DNA of 64,000 nucleotides. Source: Bacteroidaceae bacterium (GTDB taxonomy: Bacteria > Bacteroidota > Bacteroidia > Bacteroidales > Bacteroidaceae). The notes beneath the pieces are model-generated. The model did not search any database. It saw only the letters and a list, made by a program, of their open reading frames with translations, and was not told the DNA's origin. Positions 48,986-58,779 of this stretch are shown piece after piece. The translations under genes were made by a program, and so were the position numbers. Where the stretch lies: positions 4,307 through 68,306 of the forward strand of contig JAFZDY010000007.1 of NCBI GenBank assembly GCA_017560945.1. Reading direction: 5' to 3'. The number at the start of each line of letters is the position of its first letter. Positions within the stretch are counted from its first letter, which is position 1.

Positions 48986-49063
48986 TGAATCTTGAACTTT
49001 GATTCTTGACTTGCGCAGCTTGATGAGCGATAGCGAACTAATCTTGAATTTTGATTCTTGAAC
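48986..49063 (+). repeat. Dispersed TTGATGA-hairpin-GAA element, copy C
   Basis: ttgcgcagcTTGATGA gc gata gc GAActaatcttgaatt, flanked by heptamers. Confidence 0.7.
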
Positions 49064-49064
49064 A

Positions 49065-51110
49065 TCATTCAAACGGTATCCGATATGTGCATCCGTTCTT
49101 CCACTCCGAGCAACCAAAGGCGGAGCGTCCGCGGATGATGACACCTTTCCCACAAAGGGGACAAGGCATTCCCTCGGGGCTTTTTTTCTCAGGTTGGGAA
49201 AAACTTTTTTCCTCGTTGGGGAGATTTTTTTTCTCCGTAGGGGACTTTTTGCGAGGAGAACTGGCCTTTTTTGCCTTCTTTTGTGCCGCCTTTTCCTCTA
49301 TCTCTTTTGCTGCATCCACAGGGGCTTCAATGGTGATGCGTCGGTTGGTGTTGTCGCTCAGCACTTGATGCACTATTTCGCCCACCATCTGCTTCAATTC
49401 GTCGAGGAAGGTGCGCACGTCATAGTTACGTCGTTCGATTTCGCGCAACTTCTTTTCCCAAATACCTGTCAATTCGGCTGACTTCAGCAGGTCTTCGCGG
49501 ATGAGTTGTATCAGCTCCACACCCGTTGGGGTGGCTATCAGATTCTTTCGCTCCTTGCGGATGTATCGGCGTTTGAAGAGGGTTTCGATGATGGCCGCAC
49601 GAGTTGAGGGACGACCTATGCCATTCTCCTTCAGTGCGTCGCGAAGTTCGTCGTTGTCCACAAGTTTTCCTGCCGTCTCCATGGCGCGAAGCAGGGTTGC
49701 TTCGGTGTAGGGCTTGGGTGGTTGTGTCCACTTTTCGTTCAAGTCGGGGGTGTGAGGGCCGCTCTCTCCCACGGTGAATAGGGGGAGGGTACGCTCTTCG
49801 TCGTCCTGCTTCTCATCGGGCGATGGCTGGCCGAAGATGATGCGCCATCCAGGGTCGGTTATCTGCTTTCCTGTCACCTTGAACTCAATCTTTTCCACCT
49901 CGCCTAATACTGTGGTGGTGGAGAATTTGCAATCGGGGTAGAAGGCGGCTATGAACCTACGCGCCACGAGGTCGAATACCCTTTTCTCCATATCCGTTAG
50001 GTTTTGCGGATTAACTCCTGTGGGGATGATGGCGTGGTGGTCGGTCACCTTGGATGAGTCGAATACCTTTTTGCTCTTTGCCAATTTCTTACCCTCAAGT
50101 GGTGCGGTCAGTGTGGCATAGTCTCGCAACCCCTTCAAAATGGCGGGGCATTTTGGATAAATGTCGTCGCTTAGGAAGGTGGTGTCCACACGTGGATAGG
50201 TGGTGATTTTCTTTTCGTAAAGCGATTGGATGAGGCGCAGGGTGTCGTCGGCCGAGTAGCCGTACTTCTTGTTGCACTCTACCTGTAGGGAGGTCAAGTC
50301 GAACAAGCGTGGTGGAGCCTCTGTTCCCTTCTTGGCCGACACGTCAGTGACGGTGAAGGGAGCGGTCTTCACGGTTTCCAAAAACTCCATTCCTTCTTCC
50401 TTTGAAGTGAATTTTCCTTTCGTCGCCGAGAATGTAGTGTCTCTGTACACCGTCTTCAACTCCCAATAAGGTTCGGGCTTGAAGTTTTCAATCTCCAATT
50501 GTCGGTTGACGATGAGGGCAAGAGTGGGAGTTTGTACTCGTCCGATGGAGAGTACTTGTCTGTTTTGTCCGTATTTCAGTGTGTAAAGGCGCGTGGCATT
50601 CATGCCCAATAGCCAGTCACCAATGGCACGGCTGAGGCCTGCTTCGTATAGGGGTTGTTTTTCGCTTTGGTCAATCAGATTGTTGAATCCCTCGCGGATA
50701 CTCTCCTCCGTAAGTGATGATATCCAAAGGCGCTTCACTGGGCACTTGGCACCCGCCTTTTGCATCACCCATCGTTGGATGAGTTCTCCCTCTTGTCCAG
50801 CATCACCACAATTGATAATCAACTCGGCCTTCTCCATCAGTTGTTGGATGACCTTGAATTGCTTTTCAATGCCTGGGTCGGCTATCAACTTGATGCCAAA
50901 TCGGGGAGGAATCATGGGCAGGCTCCCCAGGCTCCAACTCTTCCAAGCAGGAGTGTATTCGTGAGGTTCCTTGAGTGTACATAGGTGGCCGAACGTCCAG
51001 GTCACTTGGTACCCATTACCTTCGATATATCCCTCGTGACGGCTTCGTGCGCCCAATATATCGGCGATTTCCTTAGCCACACTGGGCTTCTCGGCTATGC
51101 AGACAATCAT
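49065..51110 (-). CDS. topB: DNA topoisomerase III
   Basis: IAEKPSVA, TWTFGHL, DAGQEGELI, SIGRVQTPTL, TTYPRVD, GIGRPSTRA, C-terminal Zn ribbon CPLCGKG..FGCSEW..GC. Confidence 0.96.
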   Translation of the reverse strand: MIVCIAEKPSVAKEIADILGARSRHEGYIEGNGYQVTWTFGHLCTLKEPHEYTPAWKSWSLGSLPMIPPRFGIKLIADPGIEKQFKVIQQLMEKAELIINCGDAGQEGELIQRWVMQKAGAKCPVKRLWISSLTEESIREGFNNLIDQSEKQPLYEAGLSRAIGDWLLGMNATRLYTLKYGQNRQVLSIGRVQTPTLALIVNRQLEIENFKPEPYWELKTVYRDTTFSATKGKFTSKEEGMEFLETVKTAPFTVTDVSAKKGTEAPPRLFDLTSLQVECNKKYGYSADDTLRLIQSLYEKKITTYPRVDTTFLSDDIYPKCPAILKGLRDYATLTAPLEGKKLAKSKKVFDSSKVTDHHAIIPTGVNPQNLTDMEKRVFDLVARRFIAAFYPDCKFSTTTVLGEVEKIEFKVTGKQITDPGWRIIFGQPSPDEKQDDEERTLPLFTVGESGPHTPDLNEKWTQPPKPYTEATLLRAMETAGKLVDNDELRDALKENGIGRPSTRAAIIETLFKRRYIRKERKNLIATPTGVELIQLIREDLLKSAELTGIWEKKLREIERRNYDVRTFLDELKQMVGEIVHQVLSDNTNRRITIEAPVDAAKEIEEKAAQKKAKKASSPRKKSPTEKKNLPNEEKSFSQPEKKSPEGMPCPLCGKGVIIRGRSAFGCSEWKNGCTYRIPFE

Positions 51111-51140
51111 TGTATTCTTTCTTACGTTTTCTCTGATTAT

Positions 51141-52130
51141 TTATTTCTCTCCATACTCTTCCTTGATACGGTCGAAAATCTTGAAAAGTTCCTCCACCGT
51201 GTCGGCGCGTAGCATGGCGATGCGGGTGTCGCGGAAGTTGGGAAGCCCTTTGAAGAGCGGGGTGGCGGCCAGGTGGCGACGTATGTGCAGGATGCCCCGA
51301 TATTCGTCCAGGCGGGCCACGCTTTGGAGAACCTCTTGACGAAGCACATCCATCTTCCATTCGAAGGAGAGAGGGGGAAGTTCTTCGCCCGTATCCAGAT
51401 AGTGTTTTACCTCCTTGAAAATCCAGGGACGACCGAAGCTGGCACGACCAATCATTACGGCATCCACTCCATAACGGTCGAAGCACTCTTTGGCGCGTTG
51501 GGGGGTGGTAACGTCGCCATTGCCGATGATGGGGATGTGTATACGCGGATTGTTCTTCACCTCGCCGATGAGTGTCCAATCGGCTTCACCGGTGTACATC
51601 TGGCTACGTGTACGTCCGTGGATTGTGAGGGCTTCGATACCGCAATCCTGAAGTTCTTCGGCAAGGTCAACAATGATTCGGTGGTCGTTGTCCCATCCGA
51701 GGCGTGTCTTTACCGTCACGGGGATGTCTACTGCATCCACCACAGCGCGGGTGATGGCCAGCATTTGAGGTACATTCTGAAGCATACCTGCTCCTGCACC
51801 CTTGCCTGCTACACGCTTCACTGGGCATCCGAAGTTGAGGTCGAGCACGTCGGGGTGGGCCTGCTCTACCACTATGCGGGCGGCTTCCACCATAGGCTCT
51901 ACCTCCTTGCCATATATCTGAATGGCCACGGGGCGCTCATCGGGGCTGATGGCCAACTTTTGCATCGTCTTGTTCACCAGCCTTACAAGTGCGTCAGCAC
52001 TGGCAAACTCTGAATACACCATGGCCGCGCCAAATTGCTTGCACATCAGGCGGAACCCCAGGTCGGTAACATCCTCCATTGGAGCCAACACCACGGGGCG
52101 TTCGCCAAGGTCAATATTGCGTATTTTCAT
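51141..52130 (-). CDS. dusB: tRNA-dihydrouridine synthase
   Basis: LAPMEDVTD, DLNFGCP, PVTVKTRLGW, TIHGRT, IGNGDV, VMIGRASFGRPWIF. Confidence 0.95.
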   Translation of the reverse strand: MKIRNIDLGERPVVLAPMEDVTDLGFRLMCKQFGAAMVYSEFASADALVRLVNKTMQKLAISPDERPVAIQIYGKEVEPMVEAARIVVEQAHPDVLDLNFGCPVKRVAGKGAGAGMLQNVPQMLAITRAVVDAVDIPVTVKTRLGWDNDHRIIVDLAEELQDCGIEALTIHGRTRSQMYTGEADWTLIGEVKNNPRIHIPIIGNGDVTTPQRAKECFDRYGVDAVMIGRASFGRPWIFKEVKHYLDTGEELPPLSFEWKMDVLRQEVLQSVARLDEYRGILHIRRHLAATPLFKGLPNFRDTRIAMLRADTVEELFKIFDRIKEEYGEK

Positions 52131-52153
52131 ATCCTCTTATCTATTATGAGGAG

Positions 52154-52223
52154 CAAAAGTAACTAAAATATTCGGATTATCCACCTGATAGGCGAAGAAA
52201 GTCTGATATTTTTCCTAACTTTG
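52154..52223. promoter_or_regulatory. Divergent promoters for dusB and the U32 gene
   Basis: TACTTTTG on minus (52154-52161); TAACTTTG on plus (52216-52223). Confidence 0.65.
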
Positions 52224-52330
52224 CACCGCTAAATAAGCTACGAGCAACGAGTGATGGGCTATGATTGATAAGTTTAGAACCATAACGCAACTTGCAACTC
52301 GTAGCTTGTAGCCAAAAAACTGTATATATT

Positions 52331-53572
52331 ATGCTTACACTGAAAGATTTTGAAATAATGGCTCCGGCCGGAAGTCGTGAATCGCTGATGGCGGCCATTC
52401 ACGCAGGAGCCGACTCTATCTATTTTGGTATCGAAAACTTAAACATGCGTGCTCGTTCGGCCAGTGCATTTACCATTCATGACTTGCGCGAGATTGCCGC
52501 TATTTGTAGCGAGCACGGAGTGAAGAGTTACTTGACCGTGAATACCATCATTTATGATGAGGATATCTGTCTGATGCAGAAGATTGTGGATGCGGCCAAG
52601 GAGGCTAAGATATCGGCCGTGATTGCCGCCGATGTGGCCGTGTTGGAGTATTGCAATCGTATCGGTCAGGAGGTTCACCTCTCTACTCAACTCAATATTA
52701 GCAATGGCGAGGCGTTGAAGTTTTATGCCCGTTTTGCCGATGTGGTGGTGCTTGCCCGCGAGTTGAACCTCGATCAAGTGGCCGAGATTTATCGAACCAT
52801 TCAACGCGAAAACATTTGTGGCCCTCGTGGCGAGCAGGTTCGCATCGAAATGTTTTGTCACGGTGCCCTCTGCATGGCGGTGAGTGGAAAGTGTTATTTG
52901 AGTCTTGATAATCTTAATCACTCGGCTAACCGAGGAGCATGTATGCAGGTGTGTCGCCGTTCGTACATCGTGCACGACAAAGAGAGCGACATCGAACTTG
53001 AGGTGGACAACAAATACATCATGTCGCCCAAGGATTTGAAGACCATCCGCTTTATGGATAAGATGATGGAGGCTGGTGTGCGAGTGTTCAAGATTGAAGG
53101 TCGCGCACGAGGACCAGAATACGTACACACCGTGGTAAGTTGCTATAAGGAGGCTATTAAGAGTTATCTCGATGGTACACTCACCGAAGAGAAGAAGGAT
53201 GCGTGGGATGAACGCTTGAAGACCGTTTTTAATCGTGGTTTTTGGGATGGTTACTACCTTGGTCAACGCTTGGGTGAATGGAGTAAAGCCTATGGCTCGG
53301 AGGCTACCGAACGCAAGGTGTATGTAGGTAAGGGCATTAAGTACTTTAGCAACATCGGAGTGGCAGAATTCCTCATCGAGGCATCGGAAATCTCCGTGGG
53401 CGAGAAACTTCTCATTACAGGCCCTACCACAGGAGCCGTTTTTCTGGAAGCCGAGGAGATTCGTTACGATCTCAATCCTGTACAATCGGCGCACAAAGGC
53501 CAGTACATCTCCATCAAGGTACCAGCCAAAGTTCGTCCCAACGATAAACTTTATAAGTTAGAGAAGAAGTAG
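52331..53572 (+). CDS. Peptidase U32 family protein (PrtC/TrhP-like; probably Fe-S dependent RNA hydroxylation)
   Basis: EIMAPAGS, HLSTQ, VLARELNL, HGALCMAVSGKCYLS..ANRGACMQVCRR, KIEGRAR. Confidence 0.92.
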   Translation: MLTLKDFEIMAPAGSRESLMAAIHAGADSIYFGIENLNMRARSASAFTIHDLREIAAICSEHGVKSYLTVNTIIYDEDICLMQKIVDAAKEAKISAVIAADVAVLEYCNRIGQEVHLSTQLNISNGEALKFYARFADVVVLARELNLDQVAEIYRTIQRENICGPRGEQVRIEMFCHGALCMAVSGKCYLSLDNLNHSANRGACMQVCRRSYIVHDKESDIELEVDNKYIMSPKDLKTIRFMDKMMEAGVRVFKIEGRARGPEYVHTVVSCYKEAIKSYLDGTLTEEKKDAWDERLKTVFNRGFWDGYYLGQRLGEWSKAYGSEATERKVYVGKGIKYFSNIGVAEFLIEASEISVGEKLLITGPTTGAVFLEAEEIRYDLNPVQSAHKGQYISIKVPAKVRPNDKLYKLEKK

Positions 53573-53841
53573 GCCTTGGCCTGCTTCTTTTTTTTGCTTT
53601 TTTAGGGCAAAAAACACCTTTTCTCAAAATCGAGTGTCCAGAAATCATACAATTTTCACTCAAAAAAGACGATTTTTGAAGATTTCTTCGATTTTTCTTG
53701 CACGTTTCAATAATTTTGTAAGGGAGAAGTCGATAGAAACTCTTAGTCCGATGCATCCCTTTGTGAGTGTTGCCCTTTAGCGGTTCCTTCATAGAGGTTG
53801 TGCGAAGGAAGTATCAGCCGATCGAGAAAGTACCAAAGTAG

Positions 53842-53910
53842 AGTGTCGCACTACACTTAAGTGCAATGCTTCACCACGGAATAGTGCAGTGCCGCACTAC
53901 ACTTTATAAC
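53842..53910. repeat. 23-bp-period degenerate array (3 units)
   Basis: agtgtcgcactacacttaagtgc / aatgcttcaccacggaatagtgc / agtgccgcactacactttataac. Confidence 0.65.
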
Positions 53911-54061
53911 TTTCGCGGAAGGTTGGCGGATGAATCGTAGAAGGTTAATGAAAAAATGACTAAAGTGTCACAATTCTTTTGCTAAAGCGATATAGGGGGA
54001 ATGAAGAATTAAAAGTATAAAGCATTGAAAAACGAGTGAGTAATATTTAAACATATCTGTT

Positions 54062-56449
54062 ATGAAAGACTTTTTGAAAAATCTGTTCGCTACACGTGGT
54101 GCGGCCTTTTGGCTCAATCTGTTGGGCTTGAGTCTGGCGTTTGTCGTTTTCTACATCCTCATGGCAGAAGTGATGTGGGTGCACCACTTTGACCGTTGTT
54201 ACAAGGATAGTGAACGCATCTATCAAGTGTGTCGCAAACTGGATAGGAATAACGAGCTGCAAAACCTCCTTTCTGCCAGGTATAGTTTGGCTACGGCCGA
54301 AGAAATAGCCGCCCATTCTCCTGCCATAGAATATGCTGTTTTCTTTAATCCATACACATCAAAACAGGATTGGCTTGATGCTGAACATCCGGAAAAGACT
54401 CCTATATCAATCGAACAAACGTGTATAAGTCCCGATTTTGCACATGTCTTCGGTTTGGATATCATAGAAGGGAATGCCACCCTTGAGATGGGAACCGACC
54501 ATGCACTTATTCCTCTGAGTTTTGCCAAGAAGCTCTTTGGGGAACAGGGTGGTTATGTAGGGCGTGTAATGGTTACTATATGGGGTTCCTCCCTTACGGT
54601 ATGGGGAGTCTATAACGATTTACCCAGTAATGCTTCGATAGAAAACATTGTGTATGTGGCAATGCCATTAAAACTTTATAACCGTGAGAAAGAACAGAGG
54701 ACTTCACTGCATTACATGTTATTTGTCCGCCTTCACAAAGGTGCTTCTCCTAAAGGGATTTTCGATAATTTGGAAATGGCTACCGATTGGACTTCTGATA
54801 CGGGTGAAGGCTCTTCCTCAATGATGCAAATTGCCAAGTTAGGTAACCCCGAGGCTGCCCGTTCTTTGGAGGCGGTCTCCCTTCGTGACATACGTTTTAT
54901 GCTATCCGTCGGTGACTTTGGAGGCAAATGTAACATCTACACCTATTACCTATATATTTGTTTGGCCGTACTGATTGTCTTCATTGCGAGCATCAACTAT
55001 ATGAATTTTGCCATGGCCATGATTCCTTATCGCATCAAAGAAATCAACATACGCAAGATTTTTGGAGAAAGGTCCCGTTCACTACGCTTAAAGATGGCTG
55101 GCGAAACGTGCTTGTTGGGTGTCTTGGCCTTTGCGCTTTCGCTCTTTATCCTATGGGTGGTGGTGCAAAATGGATTTATGGATGAATACGTTCAATGCGA
55201 CCTTGCACTAACGAAGAACTTCCCCGTATTGGGTGCCTTGTCTCTTGTGGCTTTGGGGTTACCCTTAGTTGCCTCTCTTTACCCCACATGGTACACCACT
55301 TCGCGTAAGCCCGCAATGGTTGTGAATGGAAGTTTTGCTCTTTCTCCCAATGGTCGTGCTTTACGTCATATGCTGATAGGGGTGCAATTCTCCATCTCGC
55401 TATTGGTTATCATCTTGTTACTACTGATGAATGCCCAACATTACTATATCCGCCATGTTCCCGTGGGGTATGCTCGCGATTCTATCCTCTATGTACATAA
55501 TATGGACAGGTTTTCAATTGGAAAGAATAGAACTTTCAAACAACGCATGAAAGAGCATCCGGCAGTTGTTGAATACAGTGGATGTGGAAGTCCTATTGGG
55601 ACATCAGATAATGCGAGTATGAAGGGTGACGTGATAAATGGCCAACCTTTCTCTTATCGCTTCTATTATGTAGGATCTGATTATATGAAAGTGATGGGTA
55701 TTCCCATCATTGAAGGACGTGACTTTCGTGAGGAAGACGGCGATAATGTGTACATATTTACTGAAAGTGCCCGAGTAAGTGTGGGGCTTGCCGAGACGGA
55801 AGAGGAGCCACTTGAAGTCGTCGGCATTATTCCCGATATACAAACCTGTACATTTCGTGCCAAGGTAGCTCCTACGGCTTTTGTAGTCAGTAGTCGAGGT
55901 AAAGATGAGTGTAGCTATTCTGTCCTACGGATAGACTCCCCCGACAATATTCCTGAAGTAAAAGAGTTTATCAGGAACTTGGCAATAGAGACATTTGGTA
56001 CTGATGACGGATTGAATATGTTTACTCCCGATGAGACCTTTGATGACACTTATAAACAGGAGAAAACACAAATAGGTTTGGTATTCTTCGGCTCAGTTAT
56101 CTCTCTTGCCATCTCGCTTATCGGAGTCTTTGGCCTTGTTCTTTTTGAAACACGTGCAAGGCGCAAGGAGATTGGTATACGTAAGGTGTTTGGTGCAACG
56201 ACACGTGGCATCCTTGTGATGTTCAATATGCAGTACCTTCGCATTCTTGGCATTTGTTTCATTGTGGCCTCACCTATTGCTTATGATTTATATCTTAAAT
56301 GGATAGAGAACTTTGCCTTCCGCACACCCATGCACTGGTGGTTATTCGGCGTGGCCTTTCTCATAGTGGCATTGGTTGTATGCCTTACCGTCACTATACA
56401 AAGTTGGCGGGCGGCAAGGGAGCGTCCTGTGGATACGATAATGAAGTGA
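54062..56449 (+). CDS. MacB/FtsX-family ABC transporter permease (duplicated architecture)
   Basis: LNLLGLSLAF, IASINYMN..RIKEINIRKIFG, QFSIS, RRKEIGIRKVFGA, QSWRAARERPVDTIM. Confidence 0.92.
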   Translation: MKDFLKNLFATRGAAFWLNLLGLSLAFVVFYILMAEVMWVHHFDRCYKDSERIYQVCRKLDRNNELQNLLSARYSLATAEEIAAHSPAIEYAVFFNPYTSKQDWLDAEHPEKTPISIEQTCISPDFAHVFGLDIIEGNATLEMGTDHALIPLSFAKKLFGEQGGYVGRVMVTIWGSSLTVWGVYNDLPSNASIENIVYVAMPLKLYNREKEQRTSLHYMLFVRLHKGASPKGIFDNLEMATDWTSDTGEGSSSMMQIAKLGNPEAARSLEAVSLRDIRFMLSVGDFGGKCNIYTYYLYICLAVLIVFIASINYMNFAMAMIPYRIKEINIRKIFGERSRSLRLKMAGETCLLGVLAFALSLFILWVVVQNGFMDEYVQCDLALTKNFPVLGALSLVALGLPLVASLYPTWYTTSRKPAMVVNGSFALSPNGRALRHMLIGVQFSISLLVIILLLLMNAQHYYIRHVPVGYARDSILYVHNMDRFSIGKNRTFKQRMKEHPAVVEYSGCGSPIGTSDNASMKGDVINGQPFSYRFYYVGSDYMKVMGIPIIEGRDFREEDGDNVYIFTESARVSVGLAETEEEPLEVVGIIPDIQTCTFRAKVAPTAFVVSSRGKDECSYSVLRIDSPDNIPEVKEFIRNLAIETFGTDDGLNMFTPDETFDDTYKQEKTQIGLVFFGSVISLAISLIGVFGLVLFETRARRKEIGIRKVFGATTRGILVMFNMQYLRILGICFIVASPIAYDLYLKWIENFAFRTPMHWWLFGVAFLIVALVVCLTVTIQSWRAARERPVDTIMK

Positions 56450-56468
56450 AATCTTTGCGTATGGACAT

Positions 56469-56531
56469 TAAAAAAGGGTCAACGCTTTGACCCCACCTTT
56501 GTAACCTTAAATCTAATACTATGAAAAACAC
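56469..56531 (-). ncRNA. Small RNA (about 62 nt) resembling the multicopy Bacteroides FopS-type sRNAs
   Basis: Promoter CTTG-N20-TACCTTCG (56567-56536); body GUGUUUUUCAUAGUAUUAGAUUUAAGGUU; terminator GGGUCAA-AGCG-UUGACCC-UUUUUU; no ORF on that strand; family name is from memory. Confidence 0.65.
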
Positions 56532-56757
56532 GGCGCGAAGGTAGCCTTTGTTGGATAATTAAGCAAGAAAAGTTGTAGAAAAAGTTGTTTTTATAACACT
56601 TTTTAAATAAATAAGGATGTTTTGCTTTCATTTTGTATAAATATGCAAGTTTGTTGTGGACAATTTTGTCTTCAGGAAGGTCCTAAAACTTTTAAAGCAA
56701 GAAATGTTCTGAACCTCACGTGATAACTAATTTTATAGAACCTCCCATCGATATTCA

Positions 56758-56789
56758 TTTGCTCATCTGCTTGAAAAAGTGTACCTTTG
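56758..56789 (+). promoter_or_regulatory. Promoter for the ABC-F / glycerate kinase operon
   Basis: TTTG, N20, TACCTTTG. Confidence 0.75.
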
Positions 56790-56829
56790 CGCCACCATAC
56801 ACTAATATATATAGAAAGGAATAATATTT

Positions 56830-58779
56830 GTGATTTCAATAGAAAACCTTCAGGTGGAGTTTGCCGCCAAGCCTCTTTTCGAGGATGTAACGTTCGTTAT
56901 CAATAAGAAAGACCGCATAGCCTTAGTCGGTAAAAACGGAGCGGGAAAAAGCACCATGCTCAAGATTTTGGCTGGCCTTCAATCGCCCACGGGTGGAAAT
57001 GTAGCCATTCCTAAGGATATCTCGGTAGGATACTTGCCACAGGTGATGGTGCTTAGCGATTCGCACACGGTGATGGAGGAGGCCGAGCAGGCCTTTGAGC
57101 ACATTAGCGAGTTGCAAGAGAGCATCGAACTGATGAATAACCAATTGGCCGAGCGTACCGACTACGAGAGCGAGGAGTATCAGTCGCTCATCGAGAAATT
57201 TACCCACGCCAACGAGCACTATCAGATGATGGGAGGAAACAACTATCGAGCAGAGATAGAGCGTACGTTGCAAGGTTTGGGTTTTGTTCGGACGGACTTC
57301 GACCGACCCACCTCGGAGTTTTCGGGCGGATGGCGTATGCGAATAGAGTTGGCAAAACTACTCCTTCGTCGTCCTGACGTGCTTTTGCTGGACGAGCCGA
57401 CCAATCACCTCGATATTGAGAGTATCCAATGGCTCGAAAACTTTTTGGCTACACGATGCAATGCCGTGGTGTTGGTGAGTCACGACCGTGCTTTCATCAA
57501 CAATGTCACCACTCGCACCATCGAGATTTCGTGCGGACGCATCTATGACTATCGCGTGAAGTACGACGAGTTTATGCAACTTCGTGCCGAACGTCGCGAA
57601 CAACAACTCCGTGCCTATGAAAATCAGCAGAAGGAGATTCAAGAGACAAAGGATTTCATCGAACGTTTTCGCTATAAGCCTACCAAGGCCGTGCAGGTGC
57701 AGAGTCGCATCAAGCAATTGGAGAAGATTGTCCCCATCGAAGTGGATGAAGTGGATAACTCTGCCCTTCGTTTGAAATTTCCTCCCGCCCAACGTAGTGG
57801 AGACTATCCTGTGATTTGCGACGGAGTGAAGAAGGTGTATGGCGAACACACTGTATTCTCTCGCGTCGATCTTACAATCAAACGTGGCGAAAAAGTAGCT
57901 TTCGTGGGAAAGAACGGCGAAGGAAAATCTACTCTGGTGAAGTGCATCATGGGCGAAATACCATTTGATGGAAACTTGAAGATAGGACACAATATTAAGA
58001 TAGGATACTTTGCACAAAATCAGGCTCAGTTGCTCGATGAGAACTTGACCGTGTTCGACACCATCGACCGAGTGGCGGTGGGCGACATTCGTACTCGCAT
58101 CAAGGACATCCTCGGCGCCTTCATGTTTGGTGGTGAAGCCATTGAGAAGAAGGTGAAGGTACTCTCTGGTGGTGAACGTAGCCGACTGGCCATGATTCGC
58201 CTTTTGCTCGAGCCTGTGAACCTGCTCATTCTCGACGAGCCGACCAACCACCTCGATATGCGTTCGAAGGATGTGTTGAAGGATGCTATCCGCGAGTTCG
58301 ATGGCACGGTCATAGTGGTGAGTCACGATCGTGAATTCCTCGATGGTCTTGTCACCAAGGTGTACGAGTTTGGTGGCGGACAGGTGCGCGAACACTTGGG
58401 AGGTATCTATGATTTCTTACAGAAGAAACGCATTGATTCGCTCGACAAACTTTCCTCACCTACCCTTTCTTCTTCCCCTACAGGAGAAAAAAAACTTTCA
58501 GGTAGGGAAGAAAACAGCTCTGCATCCAAACTCTCCTACGAGCAACAAAAGGAGCAACAAAAGCTCATACGCCGATTGGAGAAGGTCGTGGCCGATTGCG
58601 AAGCACGCATAGAAGGGTTGGAGGCCGACATTGCCTCACTCGAAGAGTTAATGGCTACACCTGAAGGGGCTTCTGATATGAGTCTCTATGAAAAACATAC
58701 AAACTTGAAGAAACAACTCGACACAGTAGTGGAGGAGTGGGAAACCGCCTCCATAGAGTTGGAGGAGGCGATTGGATGA
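56830..58779 (+). CDS. ABC-F family ATP-binding protein (ribosome-associated, no TM domain)
   Basis: Two NBDs: GKNGAGKST, FSGGWRMR, LLDEPTNHLD; GKNGEGKST, LSGGERSR, LDEPTNHLD; C-terminal coiled coil. Confidence 0.95.
   Translation: MISIENLQVEFAAKPLFEDVTFVINKKDRIALVGKNGAGKSTMLKILAGLQSPTGGNVAIPKDISVGYLPQVMVLSDSHTVMEEAEQAFEHISELQESIELMNNQLAERTDYESEEYQSLIEKFTHANEHYQMMGGNNYRAEIERTLQGLGFVRTDFDRPTSEFSGGWRMRIELAKLLLRRPDVLLLDEPTNHLDIESIQWLENFLATRCNAVVLVSHDRAFINNVTTRTIEISCGRIYDYRVKYDEFMQLRAERREQQLRAYENQQKEIQETKDFIERFRYKPTKAVQVQSRIKQLEKIVPIEVDEVDNSALRLKFPPAQRSGDYPVICDGVKKVYGEHTVFSRVDLTIKRGEKVAFVGKNGEGKSTLVKCIMGEIPFDGNLKIGHNIKIGYFAQNQAQLLDENLTVFDTIDRVAVGDIRTRIKDILGAFMFGGEAIEKKVKVLSGGERSRLAMIRLLLEPVNLLILDEPTNHLDMRSKDVLKDAIREFDGTVIVVSHDREFLDGLVTKVYEFGGGQVREHLGGIYDFLQKKRIDSLDKLSSPTLSSSPTGEKKLSGREENSSASKLSYEQQKEQQKLIRRLEKVVADCEARIEGLEADIASLEELMATPEGASDMSLYEKHTNLKKQLDTVVEEWETASIELEEAIG

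Noticed and set aside
52439-58395. Long antisense ORFs (52439..53494, 57358..58395; also 14747..15550, 24884..25756, 31305..31943)
   Set aside because: Shadow frames opposite well-supported genes, expected from codon bias
54062-58779. Permease plus ABC ATPase as one transporter operon
   Set aside because: The ATPase is ABC-F type with its own promoter and is separated by an sRNA; the permease's partner must be elsewhere
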